Shown in pieces: positions 50,400 through 62,600 of a stretch of DNA of 64,000 bases (its first letter is position 1; every line of letters begins with the position of its first letter). The stretch lies in contig JAFGML010000039.1 of assembly GCA_016927555.1 (NCBI GenBank), forward strand, positions 9,839 through 73,838, written 5' to 3'. Under the pieces are notes generated by a model, which was given only the letters and a program-made list of their open reading frames with translations, made no database searches and was not told where the DNA came from. A program made the position numbers and the translations under genes. The stretch is from Thermoplasmatota archaeon. Its GTDB lineage: Archaea; Thermoplasmatota; E2; DHVEG-1.

Positions 50400-50680
50400 C
50401 CCTTATATTCTCATACGATATAAGTTTTACGTTATTTGATTCTCGTCTGTTATCTTAAGAAAGCACTTTTTTTCTCTGCAGGTGGCCCCCACCATTTTAC
50501 TTTTCTATTGAAACGATTTTTCGGTGTTTCTTAATAACAATAGAACGTTGGGAAGAGAAAAAATCAACCAATACTCCCCTTCTCTATAGCGGTCTTTTGA
50601 GCACAAAGAGAGGGTCCCTTAGAGAGGTGTTTCTCTGAGGGTTCAGGGCTGATGAGAGGATTGCTGATGACTTTTTTTTC

Positions 50681-53600
50681 TTAGGAAGCGTGTTTTTTCC
50701 GACGGACAATAATCAGGATGGCAAGCAGGATGCTGATGGTGATCACTGCGAGGATGGTCAGCAGGACGGGGAGGAGAGCGAGGGTGGCTTGGGGTTCTGC
50801 TGTGCTGTAGGCTTGGAGTTGTCCGGTTTCTGCGTTGAAACGGTAGTCCCAGGTGGCGTCCCCATCTACATCGAGGAGGTACCACCCCTCTTCGAGGTTG
50901 ACGGCTGTGGAGAGGTTGTCGGTGGTGTGGTGGAAGGTGTCGTACACGGTGTCATCGTCGTCATCGGTGAGGTAGCCGAGTGCTCCGACGAGGAGAACAT
51001 CGATGAGCATGGTGCGTCCGATGGCTGTGGAGTTGCTGTGGTTGTCAGAGGCGGTGATGGTGATACTGTAGATCCCTGGGGCAGTCCAGCTGTGGGTGAC
51101 CGGTGCTGAGGTGTTGTTCTCATGGAAGTCGGTGATGGTGGTGGGGCTGCCGTCTCCCCAGTGGATGGTGTACTGAAGGTCATCGTCGTCCATGTCACTA
51201 GCGGTCACAAAGAAGGTGTAGAGGGTGTTGGTTGTGCCGTTGTAGGGTCCTTGGATGCGTGGTGCCTGTGGCGGTTGGTTTGCGGTTGTGGTGATGGTTG
51301 CGGTGGTAGTGTCCGTGTCGGTGGCACCATTGTTGTCTTTGACGGTGAGGGTGACGGTGAAGACTCCTGCGGTGAGGTAGCTGTGGGTGATGGTCTTTCC
51401 TGTACCTGTTGTCCCGTCACCGAAGTCCCAGGTGTACAGGACGATGGTCCCGTCATCTGAGCTGTATGAGCCGTTGAAGAGGATGGGTTGTCCGATGATG
51501 CCTTGGTAGGGTTCGCCTGCTGAGGCGTTGGCAGTGGGTGGATCGTTTGCCGGTGGTGGGTTGTTGCCTGGTGGGGCGCCTGAGTCTTGAATGAAGGTGA
51601 CGGTGACGGTTTTATCCTCTGTCATGTTGATGGTGGTTGGGTTGATGTTGTTATTATTTGTACCAATCCATGAGGCAAAGCTCCAGCCAGAATTTGGGAT
51701 GGCGGTGAGGGTGACTAGTGTACCATTTGTGTATGTTATTCGCTCTGGGTTCTTTGTCACTGTACCTGAGCCGGTTTGGGAGATGCTGAGGGTGAATTCA
51801 TTTTCTGTGAAGTTTGCGATAATGGTCATGTCATCGGTGATGGTGATGGTATCGGGGTTTGTGTTGCCGGTGTGGTCTCCTTCCCAGTGGTCGAAGCTCC
51901 ATCCGTTGACTGGTGTTGCAGTGAGTTCGACGACATCGCCGTAGTAGTAGGCGGGTTGGTTTGGGTTTTTGGTGACGATGCCGGTTCCAATAACTGTGAT
52001 ACTGAGTGTGTATTCGTTTTGTGTGAAGTGTGCGGTAACTACTTTGTTGCTGGTCATGGTTATTGTCGTTGGGTTCGTACTGCCAGATACATCTCCGCTC
52101 CAGTGATCAAAGCTCCAGCCTTGGTCAGGGCTGGCCGTGAGTTGTACCGTATCACCATACACATAGGTGGACTGGTCTGGGTTTTTGGCGACGGTCCCGC
52201 TGCCTTGAGCAAGGATGGTAAGTGTGTATTGGTTAATGGTGAATTCTGCGTCAACTACAGAGTTTCCTGTGATAGTGAGTGTTTGTGGGGTGACGGTGCC
52301 ACTGAGGGCTCCACTCCATCCAGTAAAGGTCGATCCAACTGAGGCGTTCGCCCAGAATTTGACTTTCGCGCCGTAGTAGTACGGCCCTGAGTTGTTCTTG
52401 TCAACAGTTCCCAAACCTGTTCCGCTGGTTGTGATGGCTAGTGTGTATGGGCCATTTAATGAGAAGTGTGCCGTGACTGCTTTGTTGCCATTCATGGTAA
52501 TGGTCGTGGGGTTGGCACTGCCAGATAAATCTCCACTCCAGTGATCAAAATGCCAACCGGTCATGGAGGTGGCAGTGAGTTGTACATCTTGTCCATACGT
52601 ATAGGTTGGTTGATTTGGATATTTGGTGATAGTTCCTGCTCCCGCTGGGTCGACGGTGATTCTAATGGTGTATTGGTTTTGGGTGAAGTGTGCGGTGAGT
52701 GCCATGTTTCCGGTGATCGTCAGAGACGACGGGTTGGCAGATCCGCTGAGGTCTCCGCTCCAGTGGTTGAAGCTCCAGCCAGGGTTTTCGTTTGCGGTGA
52801 TTTGTACAATCTGCCCATATGTGTAGGTAGCCTGATTTGGATTCTTTGTAATGGTCCCTGCTCCTGCGGGGTCGACGGGGGTCGTCAGGGTGTACTGGTT
52901 CTGAATGAAGTGTGCGTTGACGATTTTATTGCAATCCATAATGATGGTGGTAGGATTGTTCGTACCAGTGATGTTTCCGCTCCAGTGATCGAAGTGCCAG
53001 CCGGTGGCTCCGTTCGCAGTGAGCGTAACCTCTTGTCCATATAGGTAAGTTGCTTGGTCTGGATCTTTGGTGACAGTGCCTTGTCCATTGGTGTTGATGG
53101 TGAGGGTGTATTGGATAGCTGTGTAGGTTGCGCTGACAGTGATATCATCTGCTGGCATAGTGACAAAGGTGGATGCTAAGCTGGGGTCGTCGAGGTGCTG
53201 GATATCTCCTGTCCAGGTGTAGAAGATGTAGCCTGCAGGCGGGGTGTTCGCGGTAATGTTGATGGTTGTTCCTTGCGTGTACGAGCCACTGCCTGTCCCG
53301 TTGATGACGGTGAGGTGGTAGGTGGGTATTTGAGTGAAGTTTGCAGTGACCGTTATATTGTGGACGATGGTGATTGTGTCGGGGTTGGTGCTGCCGGTGA
53401 GGTCTCCGCTCCAGTGATCAAAGCTCCAGCCGGTTGCAGGAACTGCTGTTAGGGTCACTTCTTGTCCATAGGTGTAGGTTGTATAGTCTGGGTCTTTCAG
53501 GACTGATCCTGATCCTTGTATAGTAATGTCTAGGGTGTATCCCGTGTCTTGTGTGAAATTCGCAGTTACAACCTTGCTTCCGTTCATGCGAATGATTATT

Positions 53601-56600
53601 GGGTTTTGGCTACTGACAACATCTCCTGACCAGTGGTGGAAATGCCATCCGGTTGCTGGTGTTGCTGTGAGTCTGACGAGTTGCCCATAGGTGTAGGTGG
53701 GTTGGTCTGGTGTTTTTGTTACCGTTCCGAATCCAAGGATGTTGATGGTGAGGGTATACTGGTCTTGGGTGAAATGTGCGGTGACCTGCATATTACCATT
53801 AATAATGATAGTATTAGGATTGGTGGTGCCAGTGAGGTCGCCGCTCCAGTGATCAAACGTCCATCCGGCATTTGCGACTGCGGTGAGTTCGACAGTTTGT
53901 CCATAGATGTAGGTAGTTTGATTTGGGTCTTTAGTGATAATTCCTCCTCCAGATGGTTGTATAGAAGTGGAGAGAGTGTAGTGATTTTCTGTGAAGTTCG
54001 CGATAACAACTTTATCACAGGTCATCGTGATGCTGGTGGGGTTGGTGCTGCCTGTGAGGTTGCCACCCCAGTGATTAAATTGCCAGTGGAGAGCAGGGGT
54101 TGCCGTGAGTTGTACTACCTGTCCGTAGGTGTAGGTTGTGTAGTTGGGGTTCTTGGACACTGTTCCTTGTCCTTGTATGGTGATGTTAAGGTAGTACTGT
54201 GTCAGGGTGAATTCTGCGTTGACGTTGGTGTTGCCTGTAATGGTGAGAGTTTGTGGGGTGACTGTGCCGGTGAGTGCGCCGTTCCAGCCAGTGAAGGTCG
54301 ATCCAACTGAGGCGTTTGCCCAGAGTGTGACTTTCGCGCCGTAGTAGTAGGGTCCTGAGTTGTTCTTGTCAACAGTGCCTGAACCAGTACCACTTGTCGT
54401 GATGGTGAGAGTGTAGGGTCCGTTGAGGGTGAAGTGTGCGGTGACTGCTTTGTTGCCGTTGATGGTGATAGTGTTGGGGTTGGTGGTGCCGGTGATGTCT
54501 CCGCTCCAGTGGTCGAAATGCCAGCCGGTGGCCGCATTCGCAGTGAGGGTGACGACTTGCCCGTAGGTATACGTAGCTTGGTTTGGATTTTTTGTAATCG
54601 TCCCTGCTCCTGCGGGATTGACAGTTGTGGTGAGGGTGTATTGGTTTTGTGTGAAGTGTGCGGTGACTGCCATGTTCCCGGTTATCATCAGAGAGGTGGG
54701 ATTGGCTGATCCGCTGAGGTCGCCACTCCAGTGATCAAATTCCCATCCGGGGTCGACGTTCGCGGTGAGTTGAACAATCTGCCCGTACGTGTAGGTAGCC
54801 TGATTTGGATTTTTCGTTATGGTTCCTGCTCCTACCGGGTTGACAGTGGTAGTCAGGGTGTACTGGTTCTGGGTAAAGTGTGCAGTGACTGTTTCATTCC
54901 CATCCATGGTAATTGTCGTGCTCGCTGCAGTTGGATGTGTCACGTCACCTGTCCAGTGGTCAAAACTGTAGCCCGCGAAAGGTGTGGCGCTCAGTGAGAC
55001 TATGGTTCCTTGTAGGTAGGTATGGCTACCGACAGCAGGGGTTGTTGTTCCTCCTTGTACGGGGTCAGCAGCAATGCTCAGGATGTAGTAAGTTGGTGTG
55101 GATCCTACGACTTCATCGACGCCGATGTCTGGTCCTGCTCCTTGTGGCACTGCGTCACCGTCGATATCTTCGGTGATTATCTGGATGATGGTGCCGTTGT
55201 CAATGGCTGGTGAGCCAGCAATCAGATGGTAGTCATGGGTTGAAGGATCAACAAAGAGCGGGTCACCGACGATGTACTCTGTTCCGATGTATCCTTGTCC
55301 GGAGTAGAGGTAGTTGAAAAGATTATGGTCAACTTCCAGGTCAACAGCGTAATTATTGTAGATAGATGGTTCTGTTTTCCCAGGACCATAATAGAAGATG
55401 TTGTTTTTCACCCGTGCAATCTGTGGACCATTGAGGAAGATGTCGTCTTCATTGATGTTGGCAAAGACGTTGTTGTAGATGTATCCGTTTTTATTCATGG
55501 CAACAGAAATTCCACCTGGTAAATCGTAGAGGATGTTGCCGTAGACATAGTTGGTGTCCTTGTAGGCGCATATCCCGGGGAGTCCTAGGTCTCCAGTGCT
55601 GGTATTGGCGGTGAGGATGTTGTACCGTACGGTGATTTCCGAGCCGTGTTGGAGATAGAGGACAGCACCTCCCTCTCCATCGGAGCGCGGGGAGACGCAG
55701 TAGTTGTGCTCAAAGATTCCGGTGGTGAAGTAGGGGACGCCACCGGTGTTTGAGATGAAGCAGAACTTACAGCCGGTGAAGGATCGGTCAAGGATGTTGT
55801 GGTGGATGAGAAAGTCGCTGTGACGTCCCGCAAGCTGGATGCTGTCACCAGGTGCGATTGCGTTGGTTGGTGAGACGAAGAAATCAAGGTTCACTCGATA
55901 GATGTTACAGTAGCCGACTTCAACGTTGTTCGTATGTTGTATGTAGATGCCGTCTTCAGCGATGTCATGGATAGTACAGTTCAATACTTTTATGTCGACG
56001 GAGATGAGATTGGCAAAGGCGTGTATGATGCGAACACCGTTGTAGAAGCCGTCTATTTCACAGTTCTCAAAGAGCAGGTGTTCACAGCGGATGTTGGAGT
56101 ACCAGTGACGAGTGAAGAATAATCCGCCGGTTCCCTTGTTGGTGGAGTTGAGGTGCAGGTCTCGGACCGTGATGTATCGGGAGGCAGATCCACTGATAAT
56201 GCCCTCAGAGTGAGACGAGGTGATGAGTGGTCGGTCCCCGGTTCCGTACGCACCAAAGGTGATGTACTTCTTGTAGTTGAGGACGATGCGGTGTGAGATT
56301 GAGCAGGTGGTGCCTCGTTTTTGCAGGTAGGTGTACCCATCTTGGTATGAGGTGATGTCTGCCCAGGTGTCAAAGGGGTGGGCAAATGACCCATCTTCCT
56401 CTGGGTCGTTGCCATTCTCTGGGTCGATGTAGATGGTTTGTCCTTGGGGTTGCGTGGGGTCGAAGTAGTAGACACCGATGATAATCTGATCATCGTCATT
56501 GGCGTGCAGTGGGTTGATGGTAATCGTGGTCTGTGGGAGGTTGGGTTCTATGATGTCTTCCATGGCGTAGAGTGCTGTCCACTGGTCAAACACAGTGCCT

Positions 56601-59600
56601 GCTGGTGCCGGGTTAGCGGTGATGGTGACGAGGTCACCGTCATAGTAGAACCCACTGCCGGTTCCATCGTTGACGATGAGTTCATATTGATCACCGGTTC
56701 CTTGTGTGTAGGTCGCGGTGACGCTGACATCGTCTGCTGGCATGGTCGCAAAGGTGGATGCTGAGGTGGGGTCGTCGAGGTGTTGGATGTCTCCTGTCCA
56801 GGTGTCGAAAGTATAACCCGCAGGAGGTGTGTTTGCGACAATGGTAACAATGGTTCCTTGAACGTAATTTCCGCTTCCTGAACCACTGTTGACTGTAAGA
56901 AGGTAGGTTGTTGCAGTCTGGTAGGTTGCTGTCACTTGGATGTTTTGAGCAGGCATGGTGACCGTGGTTTCTGCCGCGCTGGGGTCATCCAGGTACTGTA
57001 TGTCTCCGCTCCAGAGAGAAAAGATTTGTCCAGCGGGTGCGGAATCTGCAGCGATGGATACGATTGCTCCTTGTGAGTAGGTCCCGCTGCCTGTCCCGTT
57101 GATAACGGTGAGTTGATACGTGGGTGTGTTCATGAAATGAGCAGTGATGGTTGTATTGCTGGTGATGGTGATTTGCTCTGGGTTTGTAGTTCCACCAAGG
57201 TCACCTGACCAGTGACTGAACGCCCAGCTGGAATCAGGGATGGCCGTGAGCTCAACTACATCACCAGAGTGATAGGTTGGTTGATCAGGGCTAACAATGA
57301 CTGATCCTGCGCCATCAATAGAGATGGAAAGTGTGTATTGTTCTTGAGTGTTCTGCGACAGATTAAGTATCTGGGCATCTGTCAACGAAACATCATATAA
57401 GGAGAATTCATCAAGTACGCCATCTAGGTAATAATTTGCAATTTTTCCTAAGAAGAGGTCGGAGACCTGCTCGATGAAGAGAGCACCGCCTGATCCAGCG
57501 TTGAACATGGGTTGGAGTTGTCCATCAACAAAGATCTGATAGTTGCCTGTTCCCTCGTTGAACCGTGCGGCGATGTGATGCCAACCAGCGTCAAAGGTAC
57601 TTCGGGTAAACGTCCGGTAGTAGGGTGCAGGATCACCGCTTAAGACAGAAATGGTTTCATCACCGATGTAGTTGGAGCAGTCTCCTATCATCATGTTTCC
57701 ATCACGAGCATCTGTGAGGAACCGTACAATGGGTTGGTGATCATTGCTGTTGACAATTGGACCAACATTGGCCCAGAACGCTATGGATTTTACCTCAAAT
57801 TGATTCAGACCACTTGCTTCAATGTAATCGTCGATACCGTCAAATGAAATCGCACCACCACTTACTCCTTCTACCCTGAGTGCATTTCCGTTGATGATGC
57901 CATTGAATCCATTGCCTGATTGATCAATGACTGTGTTACCACTTGCTTCGTTGAAATTATAATACAGAACAACACCACTCGGTGGTGGTGGTAAATCAGT
58001 GTAGGTCGCTGTGACTGCAATGTTAGTCGCAGGCATGGTCACCGTGGTGCTTGCTGCGTTGACATTTGCGACATAGGGTGCACCAGTGCCGGTCCATTGG
58101 TCGAAGATCTGTCCGGCGGGAGGTGCATTGGCGACGATGGAGACAACCGTTCCTTGGGCGTAGCTTCCCGATCCTGTGCCACTGTTGACTGTGAGTACAT
58201 ATGTGATTTGTGTGAAGTTTGCGATAACAACTTTGTTACAGGTCATCGTAATGCTGGTGGGGTTTGCAGTCCCTGAGGTGTTGCCGCCCCAGTGGTTGAA
58301 AATCCAACCCGGGTCTGCTGTTGCGGTGAGTTGGACGACATCGCCGTAGACATACGTTGAATAATCTGGGTTCTTCGTCACCGTCCCACTGCCATGGATG
58401 ACAACGATGAGTGTGTACTGTTGTAGTGTGAAGTGTGCGGTAATGGTCTTGTTGCTGTCCATGATAATTGTGTCTGGGTTGGTGCTACCTGAGAGATCTC
58501 CACTCCAGTGATTAAACTGCCATCCTGGAGCTGCTACTGCTGTGAGTTCCACACTCGTACCACTTGGGTACTGTGGGAGGTCAGGATTAATGAGGACAGA
58601 GCCTTGTCCGTCCGTTGCAATAGATATTGTATAAATGGATGGGGTGCTGACGTCAACTTCATCGACTCCGATTTCAATGGGTCCATTTGAGCCGACGATG
58701 TCCCCGTCGAAATCCATGATGACGCCATCGATTTCGATTTCTGGTATGTAGAGTCCATTGCCGATTGCCGCAGATGTAGTGCTTATATGGAAGTCATTAT
58801 CGATGAACTCTGGGTCCCCTATGAAATCATTGGCGTCGAGGGGGTAGTGAGGTGTTCCTCCTTGTTCGATGCGGTTGGGGAAATCATAGGCGAAGAGGTT
58901 GTGTCCAACGTCACAGGATTCTGGTGTCCGTAGGATAACCGGGAAGGTTCTGCCTGGTGGGTAGTTGAAGATGTTGTTACTGATTACACTGCGTTCGCCT
59001 GGTTGCAGTGGTTGACTGCCGAAGCAGAACAGGCCGTACCACTGTCGGTCGCAGAGCCGCATGTTGAACACGTTGTTTGTACAGATGACTCGCGTGGGGT
59101 ACATGAAGGCGATGCCATCGGGGAAGTTGTCAAAGGTGTTGTAGTACACCTCAAGACCGCCGAACATCTGTCCGACGCCGCCAACAAGGTCATCTGGTTG
59201 GTCATTGTAGAATCTGTTGTAGCGTATGATGATGTTGGAGCCAGGGCTGATGTAGATGACGGCGCAGCCATCGCTGGGTTCTCCTGGTGGGTCGATGTCA
59301 TCGAAGGGTGGGTACATAGTGTTGCGCTCGACGATTCCTGTTGCTCCTTGGTTGACGTTTCCAGCGGTACCGTAGATGAAGCAGAATTTGTTTGCGGTAT
59401 CTCGTCTGTCGAAGGTGTTGTTATGGACGTGGAACCCGTCGCATAGTCCGATCATGTGGACACAGTCACCAGAGGAGTAGTCCTGGTAGGTCCAGGGTGC
59501 CTCCCATTCTTGGTTCACATGGTGGATGTAACAGCCGCCGATTTCGACGTTTTGTACGTCAATCATGAAAATACCGTCGTCATCAGTGTTGTAGATGTCA

Positions 59601-62600
59601 CAATTGAGCACTGATAAATCAGAGTAGCCAGCCGGGTTTTGATCGGATGGAAGCATTCGAATGCCGTTGAATGCTGTGGCTCGCACGTTTCCGTTGTCAT
59701 CAGAGGGGAGGAGCAGTCCATGGATTTCACAGTTTTCGATGTGGATGTGACCTGAGGGTAAGAGTGGATCAGCCATCCAGGTGATTTTGATAATGCCGGT
59801 CATAGTGTCATCTAGTGTGCTGGTGGCAATGAGATGGAGGTTTTTCACCGAGAGGTACTGGATGTGTCCACCGCCGATGAGCTTGTCACCACTGGATGAT
59901 TGGAGAATAGGTCGATCTCCTGTGCCGTACGCATCTAAGGTGACACCATAGCGGTCACTGAGATGCAGGTTCGATGAACCAAGGTCACACGTAGTGCCTC
60001 GTTTTTGGAGGTAGGTGGTGTTGTCTTGGAAGGACACATCGGTCCATGAGTCATAGGGGTGAGCAAGCGACCCGTCTTCTAAGGGATCGTTTTGGTTGGT
60101 CGGGTCGATGTAGACGATGTTTTCATTACCCGTACCACCACTGTATTCATAGGGTCCGATATCCCGTGCATCTCCCTGAGGAACAGGAACTCCATCTAAA
60201 TCGTTGTCTAATGCCTCTGGGTACTCGATTCCTTGGTCGATAGCGTTCAGTGAATCTGCAGTTAAGTGATAATCAGGCACATCGGGATGAAATAGATTTG
60301 CAAAACGACAGTAATCCTCGAAAACCTGTGGATCATCTGAATAGAGTTCAATGTTATTCTGCATCTGTACGCCAGCGCTATTCATCACGAGAAATGTGCC
60401 TTGCGGCATGAGAAAGATATTGTTTCTCAGATACGTTGGTAAATTCCCTGCGCTCATTAAGTAATATCTATCGCCAAACTGCTTGTAGCGGAAGAGGTTG
60501 TTGTTGACTTCTTTCAGGGACGGGCCATTCATAGCCACATAACCAAAGTTGTCAAAGATGTTGTATGAGATAATGGTATGGTCGTTCTCAGAGTTTATCT
60601 GTCCTATCGCTACCTCATCTGTGACTGGGACTTGCTGGCCGTTTGTCAGGGTGACTGTCTGCGGATGTCCTCTGTTAATAGCGGTGTTTCCATAGAATTC
60701 GAATCTCTCGATGTCGCCGTTGACGTAGATGAGATTCGATGAAGCTTCAGGGCATACCGTTGGGAAATACGACGGAGGATACATCGTGTTGTATCTTACG
60801 ATTCCTAGGGTGGCTTTCAATGTCGATGATGCTGTCCCGCCAGATATAAACGTAAATTTATTTCCGGTTCCTCTCTTGTCAAGAGTGTTGTTCTCAACAA
60901 GAAAGTGGTCTGTCCTGAGAATATGAATACAATTTGCCCCAGTTGCAATAACTGGATTGTTCAACCATTCCTGGTTGACATCATGAATGTAGCATCCTCG
61001 AATCTCTACTACGTCCCATAAGACTTCATAATTGGATTTACAGAAGATACCACTATCACTCTGATGATGGATGTCACAATCCTCAATGTATAAATGACTT
61101 GCAGCAGCGTTGGGTTGCGTTGGGTAGACTTCAGCATCAATACCCATCCAACCTCCTATGATCTCACAGTCTCTCACATAAATGTACGACGTCGTACCAG
61201 TACCCGTTGCTGTAATATAGAGGGGGCCATAGCCTGCTCCTGTAGGCATTTCAAGTTTATACCCACTGATTTCTATATGCTGTGAATTCTCAAACCGGAA
61301 CACACAAGAATTATCCACATTCTGAGTCAGATGTGGTCTATCGCCAGTACCGTACGTTGCGATGGTAACATTTACTTTATTGACCACTGAGATGAAGTAT
61401 GAAAGAGCTTCAAAGGTGCCTCGTTTCATGAGGTAGATGGTATTGCTTTGTATCGTTACATCAGTCCACGAGTCATAGGGATGTTGGGGAGATCCGTTTT
61501 CATCAGGATCGTTGACGTTCGTCGGGTCAATATAAATAATACCTGCTGTTCCTAGTTGTTCATACGTAGCTGTGACGATGAGATTTTGTGCAGGCATGGT
61601 CACAAAGGTGTCTGCTGAGCTGGGGTCATCAATGTATTGGGTATCACCGGTCCATTGATTAAACAGATAACCAGATGGTGCTGGGTCTGCAGAAATAAAA
61701 ACAATGGTTCCTGGGAGATACGAGCCATCTCCATTTCCATTTTCTACGGTGAGGTTATAGCTGATTGGTGCTGAGCCGTTGTACTCATCAGGTCCAATAT
61801 CGTAGCCGTATCCTTGAGGAATGGTATCTCCATCGATGTCAAAGAGAATTCCAACGTCAGTTCCGTTATCGATCGCCGGACTTGGCGACTGAATATGAAA
61901 ATCTCCACTAGTTATATCGACAAAATTTGGATTTCCAATTTGACTATTTGTCTCGCCACTCAGGGTTGTATCACTGTGGGTGTTCAGATAGAGGTTATGA
62001 CTTGCGGTAAGTGTCGTGCCACCATTGATATCAATGATGTTATCGCCAGGTTGATTCATGAAGATATTATTTTTTAGTTCCATATTGCTATTTGCAGAGG
62101 TTATGAACCGTTTCCCTGGGGCCGCATTATAGAAAACATTGTTGTAGTAGAATCCGTTACCCCATCCTGAAAACTCAGTGTTATCGTCAACACCACCTTC
62201 AATGGTGTTGCCATAGACATAGTAATACTGGTCATGGTTGTATTGGGGGTGATTCGCATCAGCGGTTTGAATGCAAATGCTTTTGTTGTTCGGCGCAAAA
62301 AATTGGTTGTAGCGGATGATCATATCACCATAGTAATGGCACACTGCAAATAATCCTGCGTTGCCACCTCCCTCAGTCGATGGCCCACTCACTGAATTAT
62401 ATTCAAACACTAACCCTTGAGCAGGGTCAGGGCCTGTGGCTTGTACAATGACGACGAACTTATTGCTGGTATCTGTTTTATCTAAAATATTGTGATGAAT
62501 GTGAAGCCCCTCATAATTATTCACCTGAAGATTATCTCCAGTACAGGAGTACGGATCTCCGCCAGGTAACTGGGGGCAGATGCCGCACCCTCCATCGAGA

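Noticed and set aside
50681-50800. PGF-CTERM/archaeosortase sorting signal at the C-terminus of the giant protein
   Set aside because: The C-terminus has a TM helix plus RRKK tail but no PGF tripeptide or Thr-rich linker. It was called a generic C-terminal anchor only.
51591-57000. Many 60-225-aa plus-strand ORFs (for example 53633..54310, 52541..53044) inside the giant gene
   Set aside because: Reverse-frame artefacts of the repetitive Gly/Val/Asp-rich coding sequence. They inherit periodicity from the sense strand.
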